A DNA stretch of 64,000 bases, taken from NCBI GenBank assembly GCA_041742965.1, contig JBGTNQ010000003.1, positions 12,483 to 76,482 on the forward strand, written 5' to 3'. The notes under the pieces are model-generated. The model saw only the letters and a list, made by a program, of their open reading frames with translations, was not told where the DNA came from and did not search any database. Origin of the DNA: Minisyncoccia bacterium. Its GTDB lineage: Bacteria; Patescibacteriota; Minisyncoccia; Phycocordibacterales; Zambryskibacteraceae. The first letter of the stretch is position 1; each line of letters starts with the position of its first letter. A program made the position numbers and the translations under genes. Below, piece after piece: positions 37,362 through 49,069 of this stretch.

Positions 37362-39110
37362 TTAGTTTGTTTTGTTAAATATTTTCCAAATCTTGTTCGT
37401 TTCTATATACCACTCGTGAATATTTGCAAATCTTTCTCCTGGAATTGATAGTTGCCCTAAGGCTATTCCTTTTATTTTTTTGGGTACGACATATATAAAC
37501 TGTGGTGAGTATATAAATACAGCAGGATTTTCTTTTTTTATTTCATTTTCAAATTCTGCCAGCTTTTCTTTTCTAATCTCTGTGTCAGAGGCCGTTCTTG
37601 CGCTTTCGACTAGGGAGTCTACTCTACTGTTTACATAAAGAGCAATATTAAGGCCAGGGTCATTTCTTTGAGAAGAGTGCCAAAATGGATAAAGGTCCAT
37701 ATCACGACCCACAATTTCTCCAAAAAACAGAGCATCATACCTTCTTGGCCGTATAATGTTTTGATTTAAGTTGCCGGTCTCAAAAACTTCTACATTAACT
37801 TGTGCCCCAAACTCCCTCCAATCATTAGCTATCATTTCTGTTGCAGATTTTATTTCTGGTGTGTCGCCGGTTGTAATTGAAAATGAGAGAATCAGGGTCT
37901 CATTTCTGCCTACATATTCCCACACTCCCGTCTCTTCATTTCTTTCCCAACCAGCCTCGATTAAAATATTTTGAGCTTTTTCCAGTCTCTCCTCATATGT
38001 TTCTGCGCTTTCATTTGTGTTCGAATCAGTAATTGGTAGTGGACTGTCTATAGGTGTTCCGTAACCATATAGAACTTCTCTAACGATCCTTTCTTTGTTA
38101 ACACTAAGACTTAAAGCTTCTCGCACTTCTGGGTTGGTGAAAATAGTAGCCTGATTTTGGTTGAAGAAAACCCCAAAGATTCTTGGAAGAACAGTCGTTT
38201 TGATTTCTTCGTTTGGTATTCCCAATTCGCTAACAATGCGAGGCGAAAATCCGCGAGCGCTTTCTATTGTCTTATCTTTGTATGCCCTCGAGAGGTCTTC
38301 CTCATTTTGATAAAAGCGAGTAGTTATCTTTTTTATAAAAGGTTTTCCTAGGGCGTAGTCAGAAAAACTCTCTAATACATAGCTTGTGGGTATGCCAGCA
38401 GAACTTCTTTTTACGGATCTCACTTTATAAGGGCCAGAGCCTATCGGTTCTACATTAAGTTGGCTAAATGAAAATTGTTCAGCGTCAGCACCTTCCCATG
38501 CATGCATTGGGATTATTCCTATGGTCGTGTTTTCTAAGAACGGAGCATATGGCTGTTGTAGGGTGAATGTTATTTCTCTGTCACTAACTTTTTCTACAAC
38601 CACCCCATCCCAACCACTTCGTTTTGGGCTTTTGAGCATAGGGTCTTGTGCTTTAGATATCGTAAAAGCCACATCATCCGCAGTGATTGGGGTTTTGTCA
38701 TGGAATTTTAGACCCTCTTTTAGAGTAAATGAATATATTAGTCCGTCAGGGGATATGGTGTAACTTTCTGCCAAATCAGGTAAAAGTGCTCCATCGGGTT
38801 GAGCCTTCATTAATCCAGAGTAAACCAAAGCAACGAGGTCTTTTTCAGCATCGCTTGTAGCAAGTATTGGGTTTATAAATCTTGGTGTACCCAATACTCC
38901 TTCAGTTATCTCACCACCGTGAGCCGGAACTTCAACTAGAAAGTTATTGTTCACTTTTATTAAAAGCACAAGGCTGGCAATAGCAAAGACCGCTGCAAAA
39001 AAGAAAAACAACACCCTTTCGGTAAAAGAAAAATTCTTCACCGCCTGATTTAAGGTTTCGGATTTTGGGATACTCCACTGTTTTGAAAACAAAGAAATGG
39101 GATTTTTCAC
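37362..39110 (-). CDS. ABC transporter peptide-binding protein (family 5)
   Basis: PDLAESY, FHD..PITADDVAFT, PIGSGPY. Confidence 0.9.
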   Translation of the reverse strand: MKNPISLFSKQWSIPKSETLNQAVKNFSFTERVLFFFFAAVFAIASLVLLIKVNNNFLVEVPAHGGEITEGVLGTPRFINPILATSDAEKDLVALVYSGLMKAQPDGALLPDLAESYTISPDGLIYSFTLKEGLKFHDKTPITADDVAFTISKAQDPMLKSPKRSGWDGVVVEKVSDREITFTLQQPYAPFLENTTIGIIPMHAWEGADAEQFSFSQLNVEPIGSGPYKVRSVKRSSAGIPTSYVLESFSDYALGKPFIKKITTRFYQNEEDLSRAYKDKTIESARGFSPRIVSELGIPNEEIKTTVLPRIFGVFFNQNQATIFTNPEVREALSLSVNKERIVREVLYGYGTPIDSPLPITDSNTNESAETYEERLEKAQNILIEAGWERNEETGVWEYVGRNETLILSFSITTGDTPEIKSATEMIANDWREFGAQVNVEVFETGNLNQNIIRPRRYDALFFGEIVGRDMDLYPFWHSSQRNDPGLNIALYVNSRVDSLVESARTASDTEIRKEKLAEFENEIKKENPAVFIYSPQFIYVVPKKIKGIALGQLSIPGERFANIHEWYIETNKIWKIFNKTN

Positions 39111-39194
39111 AATACTAAATAATAAATCGATAAAATTTCGACAAACAAAATTAAAATGTATCTTTGAGTTCTCTTAATAGTTTTAGAAAAACAC

Positions 39195-39428
39195 TTATAT
39201 AATGAGTGAGATAAAAGTAGAGACGGCGAAAAGTATTGCCAATGTGATAGTGATTCTGAAAAGAGTCCTCTCTGCTCCTCTTCGTACGAAAGTGTTTCCA
39301 CTGAAAGAGTCACCACCGAAAGCACCACCAAGACCTGCCTCTGATCTCTGCAAAAGAATGCCGCCTATTAGAAGGAGGGAAAGAACCATTTGAATGTAGG
39401 GAAGCATTCCAGAAATACTCATTAGCAA
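39195..39428 (-). CDS. secG: Preprotein translocase subunit SecG
   Basis: ILLQ...GLGGAFGG...RRG.E, two TM. Confidence 0.9.
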   Translation of the reverse strand: MLMSISGMLPYIQMVLSLLLIGGILLQRSEAGLGGAFGGDSFSGNTFVRRGAERTLFRITITLAILFAVSTFISLII

Positions 39429-39499
39429 TAAGTTTACTCAAAATAAGAATAATGTCAAAAGTTTGGAAAGAATGAGGGGTAACGAATAATGGACGATGA

Positions 39500-39540
39500 A
39501 TAGCCCAATTACATAGGCTTAGCCTATGTAATTGGGCTAT
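39500..39540. repeat. 41-bp palindrome between divergent genes
   Basis: atagcccaattacataggct-t-agcctatgtaattgggctat. Confidence 0.85.
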
Positions 39541-39711
39541 ATAATTGCAAAAAGGCCTTATTTAAGCCATTTTCTGAAAACTTAGACGGCAAGATCCATC
39601 ACATAGTTGACAAAAACTGTATATATGCTATAATTAGAATAGAAGTGTGTAGTAATCGTGGCGCTAAGCGCCAATATAGGTTCTCGTGTTAACTCATACA
39701 AGGAGGGCTGT

Positions 39712-40005
39712 ATGACCGAGGCAAAGGTGTCTGAGGCGATGGATCGCCTTGATCGCGTGATTGCTCACGCGAAGAAGGAGGGAGTAAATCTCCCGAACCG
39801 TGTTCTGGATTGTCTGGAGGAGATCCAGATTCGTGAAGACCGCTTTTTCAGGGTCTCCAAGTCCACTTCGGCTCGTCGGTTTCTCGTCCGCCGGTTGGAG
39901 AACGATGTTCTCCGTCTGGCTGGGGATGTGGTTGACGAGGTTCGATATCTCGTCAAGAAGCACATCACCTTCCAGGCCAGCCGGAGTCGCCAGAAGGTGG
40001 CCTAG
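39712..40005 (+). CDS. Hypothetical protein
   Basis: TTGACA-16-TATAAT promoter (39607-39634), AGGAGG SD, terminator 40020-40057. Confidence 0.6.
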   Translation: MTEAKVSEAMDRLDRVIAHAKKEGVNLPNRVLDCLEEIQIREDRFFRVSKSTSARRFLVRRLENDVLRLAGDVVDEVRYLVKKHITFQASRSRQKVA

Positions 40006-40123
40006 CACAACACGGGATTCCCCGCGGACAAAGTATCGTCCGCGGGGTTTTCTTTTATACAAAGATATGTAAAATATTGGGCACAAATTATTAATAGAGT
40101 AATCGTGCTACACTTGAATACCT

Positions 40124-42116
<1,993 letters not shown>

Positions 42117-42171
42117 GTAGTGGTAAGTTGGAAGTAGTTAGTGGGTAAGTTGGGATTAGAAGAAAAGCATG

Positions 42172-42208
42172 AACCCCCGTCCTTCGAAAAATCTCAGGAC
42201 GGGGGTTT
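42172..42208 (+). terminator. Terminator after groEL containing a REP-like motif
   Basis: aacccccgtcc-ttcgaaaaatctca-ggacgggggtttt. Confidence 0.7.
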
Positions 42209-42223
42209 TGGCATTTCACCACA

Positions 42224-42454
42224 TTACAGGAACTTGTTACCGGTTCTCTCTATTCGGATAGGTTGAGCTTCTGGAGGTTCTACGGTGTAGCTTAAAATAT
42301 AGGCCAGGGTCACAAGCAAGAGGATTAAAAGAGCGATGAGGCCGAGCATCGCCCTTCTTTTTTCCTTCTTCTTTCTGGCGGAGTTCCACATTCTCTCGGC
42401 CCTTCCTTGGGCGGTCACTTTTTTCTGCTCCCCCATCGCCTTATATTGTGGCAT
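42224..42454 (-). CDS. Small membrane protein
   Basis: Basic stretch then one TM; GAGG SD-like upstream. Confidence 0.5.
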   Translation of the reverse strand: MPQYKAMGEQKKVTAQGRAERMWNSARKKKEKRRAMLGLIALLILLLVTLAYILSYTVEPPEAQPIRIERTGNKFL

Positions 42455-42598
42455 TTTGTTTCCTCAGTTCAGGTGTTTTAGTGTAAGACGAGAACAGTCC
42501 AGTCACCACTCTATAGCTAAGGCTGTATTTTGCAACCTTCCACAGTCTTTAAGTTCCGTGTTATAATAGTGGTCTATTAGTAATATTCTTTTATAAAA

Positions 42599-43159
42599 AT
42601 GAGTCTTTTTTACATTCTTTTAGGTTTAGTCATAGTGGTGGCAGTTTGGGTTGTATTTATGTACAACGGTTTTATTCGTCTTATCAATAGAGCGAAGGAA
42701 GCTTGGGCAGATATTGATGTTCAGCTAAAGCGCAGGTATGACCTTATCCCTAACTTAGTTAATACAGTAAAGGGCTATGCAACTCACGAAGCATCTGCTT
42801 TTGAAAACGTCACAAAGGCGAGAGCGATGGCTATGGGCGCGCAAGGTTTGGAAGAAAAGGGAAAAGCAGAAAATATGCTTTCTGGAGCACTGAAGTCCAT
42901 TTTTGCTATAGCTGAAGCGTACCCAGATCTTAAGGCAAATCAAAACTTCCTTGAGCTTCAGCGCGAACTCTCTGATACAGAAAACAAAATCCAAGCCGCT
43001 CGAAGGTTTTACAATACAAATGTTCGTGACTTAAATATCGGCATTGAGTCTTTCCCCGGGAATGTCGTGGCTAGTTTCTTCAAATTCTCAAAAATGGAAT
43101 TCTTTGAACTAGATGAAGCTGATAGTGCTGCTCGCAACCCAGTTGAAGTGAAGTTCTAA
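42599..43159 (+). CDS. lemA: LemA family protein
   Basis: IDVQLKRRYDLIPNLV, EAYPDLKAN, ARRFYN. Confidence 0.96.
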   Translation: MSLFYILLGLVIVVAVWVVFMYNGFIRLINRAKEAWADIDVQLKRRYDLIPNLVNTVKGYATHEASAFENVTKARAMAMGAQGLEEKGKAENMLSGALKSIFAIAEAYPDLKANQNFLELQRELSDTENKIQAARRFYNTNVRDLNIGIESFPGNVVASFFKFSKMEFFELDEADSAARNPVEVKF

Positions 43160-43199
43160 TTTTAAAAGCTATAAGCTAAAAGCTAAAAGCTGTCAGCTT

Positions 43200-44105
43200 A
43201 TGAATCTCTACTCTCATCAAGACGCAAATATAAGGAAAACTTGGTTTTTTATGGCCATGTTTTTCGTAGTAGTTATTGCTTTGGGCTGGTTTTTCTCTTA
43301 TGTTTACAACGACGTTTCAATTCTCTATATAGCTGTTATCTTCTCAATCTTCATGAATGTTTTTGGTTATTGGTTTTCGGACAAGATTGTTTTGAAAATG
43401 CACAAAGCCAAACAAGTGACTAGGGAGGAATATTTTGACCTATGGAATATGACGGAAAACCTCTCTATTAGTGCGGGTCTACCGATGCCAAAGCTCTATG
43501 TCATAGATGAACCTTCTCCAAATGCTTTTGCTACTGGTAGGAACAAAGAGCACGCAGTTGTTGCAGTGACTACAGGTCTCCTTCAAATTTTGGATAAAAG
43601 TGAACTTGAGGGTGTTGTCGCTCACGAGCTAGCCCATATTGGTAATAGAGATATGCTTCTTTCTACTATGGTTGTGGTGCTGGTGGGCTTCGTGACTTTG
43701 ATTTCTGATTTCTTTTTAAGATCTATGTATTTTGGTGGTGGTAGAAGTGAGAAGGGTGGGCAGGTTCAGGGTATTTTGTTTTTAGTAGGAATTGTTTTGG
43801 CAATTCTCTCACCATTTATCGCCGTTATTATTCAGCTTGCTATTTCTCGAAAGAGAGAGTTTTTGGCAGATGCTTCTGGGGCACTTCTCACTAGGTATCC
43901 AGAGGGTCTCGCTGGCGCCTTGAGAAAAATAAGTTCAGCCGGTGTGCCAATGCGAACTGCCAATGATGCTACCGCACATTTGTTCATATCCAACCCTTTC
44001 GGGGGAAATAAAACTAAGTTTTTGCATAAATTGTTTATGACTCATCCACCTGTAGAGGAGAGAATAAAAGCCCTTTTAGGCAGTGGTCACAGTAGTGTAA
44101 ACTGA
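43200..44105 (+). CDS. htpX: M48 zinc metalloprotease HtpX
   Basis: PNAFATG, HELAH, SRKREFLAD, THPP. Confidence 0.95.
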   Translation: MNLYSHQDANIRKTWFFMAMFFVVVIALGWFFSYVYNDVSILYIAVIFSIFMNVFGYWFSDKIVLKMHKAKQVTREEYFDLWNMTENLSISAGLPMPKLYVIDEPSPNAFATGRNKEHAVVAVTTGLLQILDKSELEGVVAHELAHIGNRDMLLSTMVVVLVGFVTLISDFFLRSMYFGGGRSEKGGQVQGILFLVGIVLAILSPFIAVIIQLAISRKREFLADASGALLTRYPEGLAGALRKISSAGVPMRTANDATAHLFISNPFGGNKTKFLHKLFMTHPPVEERIKALLGSGHSSVN

Positions 44106-44212
44106 AATGAGCCTTGCCCCGTAGCGAGCTTTGCTCTACTACTGGGGTGACTCATCCACCAGTTGAAGAGCGCGTAAACGCGCTCTTAGGAATAACGAAT
44201 AAGGAATAAGGA

Positions 44213-44815
44213 ATGGAGAAACCAGAATTAACAAAAGAAGAGCTTCAGAAAAAAGTCGCTGAGTTGGAAGCGGAAATTTCTATTTTAGAAAAAGATTTGA
44301 TTCACGATCATCTAACCAATCTTAAGACAAGGGGATTTTTTGAAGAAGAAGCAAAGATGTATCTTGAGATGGTGGCGCATTCAGATGATACTCGGCGAAA
44401 ACAGTGGTTTGGTTTTCGCAACGCAAGTATTATTCTTTTTGATACGGACTATTTTAAAAAAGTAAACGACACCTTTGGGCATTTGGTGGGAGACGAAGTT
44501 TTGAAGAGTGTTTCAAAAACAATTGAAGATTCACTTCGTGAAGGCGACACCGCTTCTCGTTGGGGTGGGGAAGAAATCGCTGTGCTTTTACTTGGCGCAA
44601 ATGAAACTGACGCTGTTGCCAAAGCAGATGAAATACGGGAAGAAATTTCAAAATTAAAATTTTCTGCTTTAGATTTGTCAGTTACTATTTCAGCGGGTGT
44701 AGCTTCTTCAGAAAAAGGTGTACATCTTTCAGAGCTTGTTGATAGGGCAGACAAAGCTTTATATAAAGCCAAAGAAACTGGAAGAAACAAAGTGGTAGGG
44801 TATTCGGAAATATAA
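44213..44815 (+). CDS. Diguanylate cyclase-like GGDEF-domain protein
   Basis: D.D.FKKVNDTFGH..GD, RWGGEEI, ADKALY.AK..GRN. Confidence 0.92.
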   Translation: MEKPELTKEELQKKVAELEAEISILEKDLIHDHLTNLKTRGFFEEEAKMYLEMVAHSDDTRRKQWFGFRNASIILFDTDYFKKVNDTFGHLVGDEVLKSVSKTIEDSLREGDTASRWGGEEIAVLLLGANETDAVAKADEIREEISKLKFSALDLSVTISAGVASSEKGVHLSELVDRADKALYKAKETGRNKVVGYSEI

Positions 44816-45015
44816 AAAAGTATAAGAGAAAACGGCAAGCGCATCGCGCTTGCCGTTCGGTACTGCGTTTCTTCTCACCTACGGTCTAGGGATCTTTGCT
44901 CACTAAACACTGAGGTGAAAAACACTGGGGTTTTCGTACTCCACACACACTATACAGATGTCCAAAGAATTTTTGGGGAATACTAGGGGAATACTAGTTG
45001 GATCGATTTATTTCT

Positions 45016-45420
45016 TTACTCTTTATTGTTAGCTTCATCATATTTCTTTTCAGCTAATCGCTCTTGTGCCGAGGCAAAAGAGTCTTCATATTTTTCTCGT
45101 CTAGAAGCAATGGTTCTGATTTCTTCATCTGAAGCATCAGGATCAAAGCCCTCAACTCGATCTTCCTGGTGATCAATATTAGAAGGATCTTTTTTATCTC
45201 CTCCCCGAATGTCCATATTCCCTAAAGAAGCAAGTTTTGCTTTAGTTCCAAGTCCGGTTCTACCTTTCTTTATGGGGGTCTCGCCAGATTCCACTTTGCG
45301 GTAACCAGCAGCAGCGTCACGTTCAAATTTTCCCGCATATGCCACCACCTCGGCCTTAGCTACATCGTCAATTTTTTCAGATTCATCCGCAGGTATCTGC
45401 GGGACTCCTTCTATTCCCAT
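45016..45420 (-). CDS. Hypothetical charged protein
   Basis: 134-aa ORF, no motif recognised. Confidence 0.55.
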   Translation of the reverse strand: MGIEGVPQIPADESEKIDDVAKAEVVAYAGKFERDAAAGYRKVESGETPIKKGRTGLGTKAKLASLGNMDIRGGDKKDPSNIDHQEDRVEGFDPDASDEEIRTIASRREKYEDSFASAQERLAEKKYDEANNKE

Positions 45421-45507
45421 GTTTTTATTGTTTAATTATAATAGCTCTAATTTTATACCCCGTGTGAGAAAAGCACAACTATAGGCAAATAGGTTATAAT
45501 ATCTTTA

Positions 45508-48267
45508 ATGTCAGAATATTTTAAATTTACTACCCCAGAACAGGAGCTTGAATACCTACGCTCCAAGGTTCTTGAAGTCGAAAAGAAGCTGGAGAGCAAT
45601 GAGATACAACCTGTGCGAGAATCTGTAATCAGAGAGTCTGTTGCAGAATTTAAGAAAGAAGCCGGCATTGGTGCTCCGGTCGCAAATGCTTTGGAGGTCG
45701 AAAAAGATGCAGAAGTTATTCTGGAAAAACATCAGGAAGCCCAGCTCCAGGAAATGGTAGTTTTAGCAGAATCAAAGGGTATTTCCCATGCGCTTGAGGT
45801 TGTTGCGAAGATTAAAAACTGGCAAGCAGAAGACGACTTTCATGCTTTCCTCGTCGAACAAGTGGCTCAAGGCTTGCCGCCCCCTGGAGTAAAAGAAAAA
45901 GGACCGATATATCAAGCCCTTCATATGAAGCTATTTGAGATTCTACTTCCGAAAGAGGTCGGTACAGAAAAATCTTTAGGGGATCTCATAGGAAGTATGG
46001 AGCAGTTTTACGCTGGGCTACTTTCTATAGCAGGCGACAAAAATGACAAGGTTAGCCATTTAGCTTTTGAGATTGCTAACCCTAACGGTGAAGAAGACAC
46101 TCGAGTTTTTGTTTCTGTACCCGAATTAAGGGTTGATCTTTTTAGCAAACAACTTTTAGCAATTTTTCCTAAAGCACGACTTATCGACAGGAAGAGCGAT
46201 TACAATATTTTCAATGAATTAGGTACAACTCTGGGTGTTTCCGCGACATTGTCTAGTTCCCCCGCCTATCCTTTAAAGACTTCTGAAGATTTTTCTTCAG
46301 ATCCGCTCAACGTAATTTTAAATGGGTTTTCCAAAATACCTAAGGTTGGCGCGGGAGCCACTTTGCAAATTATTTTTAAGCCGATTGGAGATACTTATGC
46401 AAAAAAATTCGAGTCTGCTTTAAAGAAAATTGAAAAAGGAGAGAACCCCAAAGAAGCCTTGCGAGACGATGGGGTCGCAATGGAATTGACACGCTCGATT
46501 GGAGAAGCTTTCTTTAGTAAAAAGAAAGAAAAGAAAGAAAAGGAAGATAAACCCATAGTTATAGATCAAGGGATTGTTGGAGCAATTAAAAAGAAGCTCC
46601 AAAGCCCAATAGTTGAGACTAATATCCGTTTTGCGACTTCAGCCCCTACCGAAGAAGAGGCTCGTCAGTTAATTCACAATTTCACTTCTACCTTCAATCA
46701 ATTCGAGAATCCCAGCAGGCAGAATATTACTTGGACTGAAGCGAAATCTTCTGGGTGGCTCGCACTTAAAGACAATGATTTCTACAAGTCATTTATTTTT
46801 CGACTGTTTAAAGATACCGAAAAGATACCGCTTAATCTTTCAGAACTTTCTACAATTCTTCATTTCCATACCGAAGCATTATCTTCCAGCTCGACTCTCA
46901 GTCGCACAAAATCAAAAAGCGCACCGCCACCTGTAGGTCTTCCAGAAGCCGGCACCCTCTTAGGCATCAATTCATTCCAGGGAGTTGAGAAAAGTATATA
47001 TATCGCTCCAGAGGACCGCCTAAGGCATTTCTACGCTATTGGTCAGACTGGTACAGGTAAGTCCACCTTGCTCAAAAACATGATTATTGAGGACATTAAA
47101 AATGGCGAAGGGGCTTGTTTCATTGATCCGCACGGTTCTGATGTGATGGAAATTCTTGCCAATGTACCCAAGGAAAGGTTGGAAGACGTGATCTACTTCG
47201 ATCCCGCTTCTACTGAGCGACCGATGGCCTTGAACATGCTCGAATACGATCCCCACTTTCCTGAACAGAAGACCTTTGTCGTTAATGAACTTTTCTCTAT
47301 TTTCCAGAAGCTCTATGGCGGTAGCCCAGAATCCATGGGGCCCATGTTCGAGCAGTACTTCCGTAACGCCACGATGTTGGTGATAGAAGACCCAGAGAGT
47401 GGTTCAACCCTACTTGACGTCTCTCGGGTAATGTCTAGCAAGGAGTACCGCGACTTGAAGCTTTCCAGATGCAGGAATCCGATAGTTGTCCAGTTCTGGA
47501 GAGAGATCGCTGGTAAGGCTGGAGGAGAGGCCGCACTCGTTAATATGGTTCCCTACATCACATCAAAATTTGACGTTTTCTTGGCCAATGACATTATGCG
47601 TCCGATCATCGCACAAGAGAAATCCTCATTTAATTTCCGAGAAATTATGGATGGAAAAAAGATTCTTCTGGTAAATCTTGCCAAGGGCCGTCTGGGAGAT
47701 ATCAATGCTAATCTTATCGGTCTCATTTTGGTTGGTAAAATCCTAATGGCCGCACTTTCTCGTGTAGATGCGCTTGGTCAAAATCTTCCTTCCTTCTATT
47801 TATACATAGATGAATTCCAGAATATTACTACCAACTCAATCGCCACGATTCTTTCCGAAGCTCGAAAGTATAAGCTTTCGCTTACAATTGCCCATCAATT
47901 TATTGCGCAACTTCAGGAAGATATTAAAAATGCTGTTTTCGGCAACGTGGGTACAATTTGTTCTTTCCGAGTTGGCCAAGATGATGCTGAATATCTACAG
48001 AAACAGTTTGCTCCAACTTTTGCAGCACAAGATATTGCCAGCATCGATAATTTTAATGCTTATATAAAAATGCTTATTCATGGCAAGCCAGTTGAGCCCT
48101 TTGATATCCGCCTGATGCCAAGACAAACCGGAGATCAGTCAAATATCGAAATTGCTAAGCAGGTATCCTCGGTAAAATACGGACGTGATAGAGCTGAGGT
48201 AGAAGCTGCGATTATGGCTAAGTACCAACCCTTGCAGGAAGTAGTTTCCAGCTCTCAGATTCTTTAA
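45508..48267 (+). CDS. VirD4/TraD-like (DUF87, TraM-recognition) ATPase
   Basis: GQTGTGKS Walker A, FIDPHG, YIDEFQN, SEARKY, AHQ. Confidence 0.9.
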   Translation: MSEYFKFTTPEQELEYLRSKVLEVEKKLESNEIQPVRESVIRESVAEFKKEAGIGAPVANALEVEKDAEVILEKHQEAQLQEMVVLAESKGISHALEVVAKIKNWQAEDDFHAFLVEQVAQGLPPPGVKEKGPIYQALHMKLFEILLPKEVGTEKSLGDLIGSMEQFYAGLLSIAGDKNDKVSHLAFEIANPNGEEDTRVFVSVPELRVDLFSKQLLAIFPKARLIDRKSDYNIFNELGTTLGVSATLSSSPAYPLKTSEDFSSDPLNVILNGFSKIPKVGAGATLQIIFKPIGDTYAKKFESALKKIEKGENPKEALRDDGVAMELTRSIGEAFFSKKKEKKEKEDKPIVIDQGIVGAIKKKLQSPIVETNIRFATSAPTEEEARQLIHNFTSTFNQFENPSRQNITWTEAKSSGWLALKDNDFYKSFIFRLFKDTEKIPLNLSELSTILHFHTEALSSSSTLSRTKSKSAPPPVGLPEAGTLLGINSFQGVEKSIYIAPEDRLRHFYAIGQTGTGKSTLLKNMIIEDIKNGEGACFIDPHGSDVMEILANVPKERLEDVIYFDPASTERPMALNMLEYDPHFPEQKTFVVNELFSIFQKLYGGSPESMGPMFEQYFRNATMLVIEDPESGSTLLDVSRVMSSKEYRDLKLSRCRNPIVVQFWREIAGKAGGEAALVNMVPYITSKFDVFLANDIMRPIIAQEKSSFNFREIMDGKKILLVNLAKGRLGDINANLIGLILVGKILMAALSRVDALGQNLPSFYLYIDEFQNITTNSIATILSEARKYKLSLTIAHQFIAQLQEDIKNAVFGNVGTICSFRVGQDDAEYLQKQFAPTFAAQDIASIDNFNAYIKMLIHGKPVEPFDIRLMPRQTGDQSNIEIAKQVSSVKYGRDRAEVEAAIMAKYQPLQEVVSSSQIL

Positions 48268-48445
48268 TACCTCCCAGAGTTTGAATCCCAGACTCGTTCG
48301 ATCTATGTAAGCTCAAAAAAGCGTTATACAAAGCCAAAGAAACTGGAAGAAACAAAGTGGTTGGGTATTCGGAAATTTAGTCTCTAAAGAGAATAGGCGG
48401 CGACATCTCTGTCGCCGCCTATGTGTTACCCTTGACCTCGCCAGC

Positions 48446-48928
48446 CTAGCGACAGGTGGTCGCTGAGGATGAGGTTACGTAGAACCCAGTCTCATCCCAC
48501 CTCAAATTCAAGGTGAGGATGAGAACCTCCATGGTTCCACCACCACCCTTAGGGATAATGCGGAAGCTGTACGTGTACTGTGCCTCCCCAGATGTCGAGG
48601 TGGTTTCTTGCCACCCACCCCCAATGTTCTGGAAAACATACTCTCGATCTTGGGTGTCAAAGAGACGCCCTCCAGCGACGTTGAAACGCTCCCTATAGCT
48701 TGTGGATCCATCGGGGTTTACCACGAACTTGCGGGTGAAGTGGATGCGATAGGTTCCCTCGACAAACTGGGTTGGTCCACAGAGAGAGAACCAGTTGATA
48801 CTCCAATCTGCCCATTCGCTTGTTGCTGACTGGGCACTCATTTCGGCGCGGACAGGCTCTGTGGGCAGGGCGTTACCGCAAGCGGCGATGAACATCATCG
48901 CACAGAGTGCCAACATCTTCCGGAACAT
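48446..48928 (-). CDS. Hypothetical lipoprotein-like protein
   Basis: Lipobox-like IAAC; GGAGGAG SD; terminator 48393-48422; higher GC than flanks. Confidence 0.65.
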   Translation of the reverse strand: MFRKMLALCAMMFIAACGNALPTEPVRAEMSAQSATSEWADWSINWFSLCGPTQFVEGTYRIHFTRKFVVNPDGSTSYRERFNVAGGRLFDTQDREYVFQNIGGGWQETTSTSGEAQYTYSFRIIPKGGGGTMEVLILTLNLRWDETGFYVTSSSATTCR

Positions 48929-49069
48929 AACTCCTCCTTGGTGAGTGGGGACCTCGTACTTCGGGAAAAAGAACTTCTACAACTGCCGACTACTTTATAA
49001 TATAAAAACTTTTTGTCAAGCTATCGTGACAATGTTTCCACCACGTTGTTTTTGTAATTAATTTGTTGG

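Larger units (their letters stand above)
44753..48380 (+). repeat. 63-bp direct repeat of the GGDEF gene 3' end (44753-44815 / 48318-48380)
   Basis: 58/63 identical; all differences at third codon positions. Confidence 0.85.

Noticed and set aside
45508-48267. Complete conjugative element/ICE
   Set aside because: No relaxase, VirB4, mating-pair genes or integrase in the window; such ATPases are common stand-alone genes in CPR
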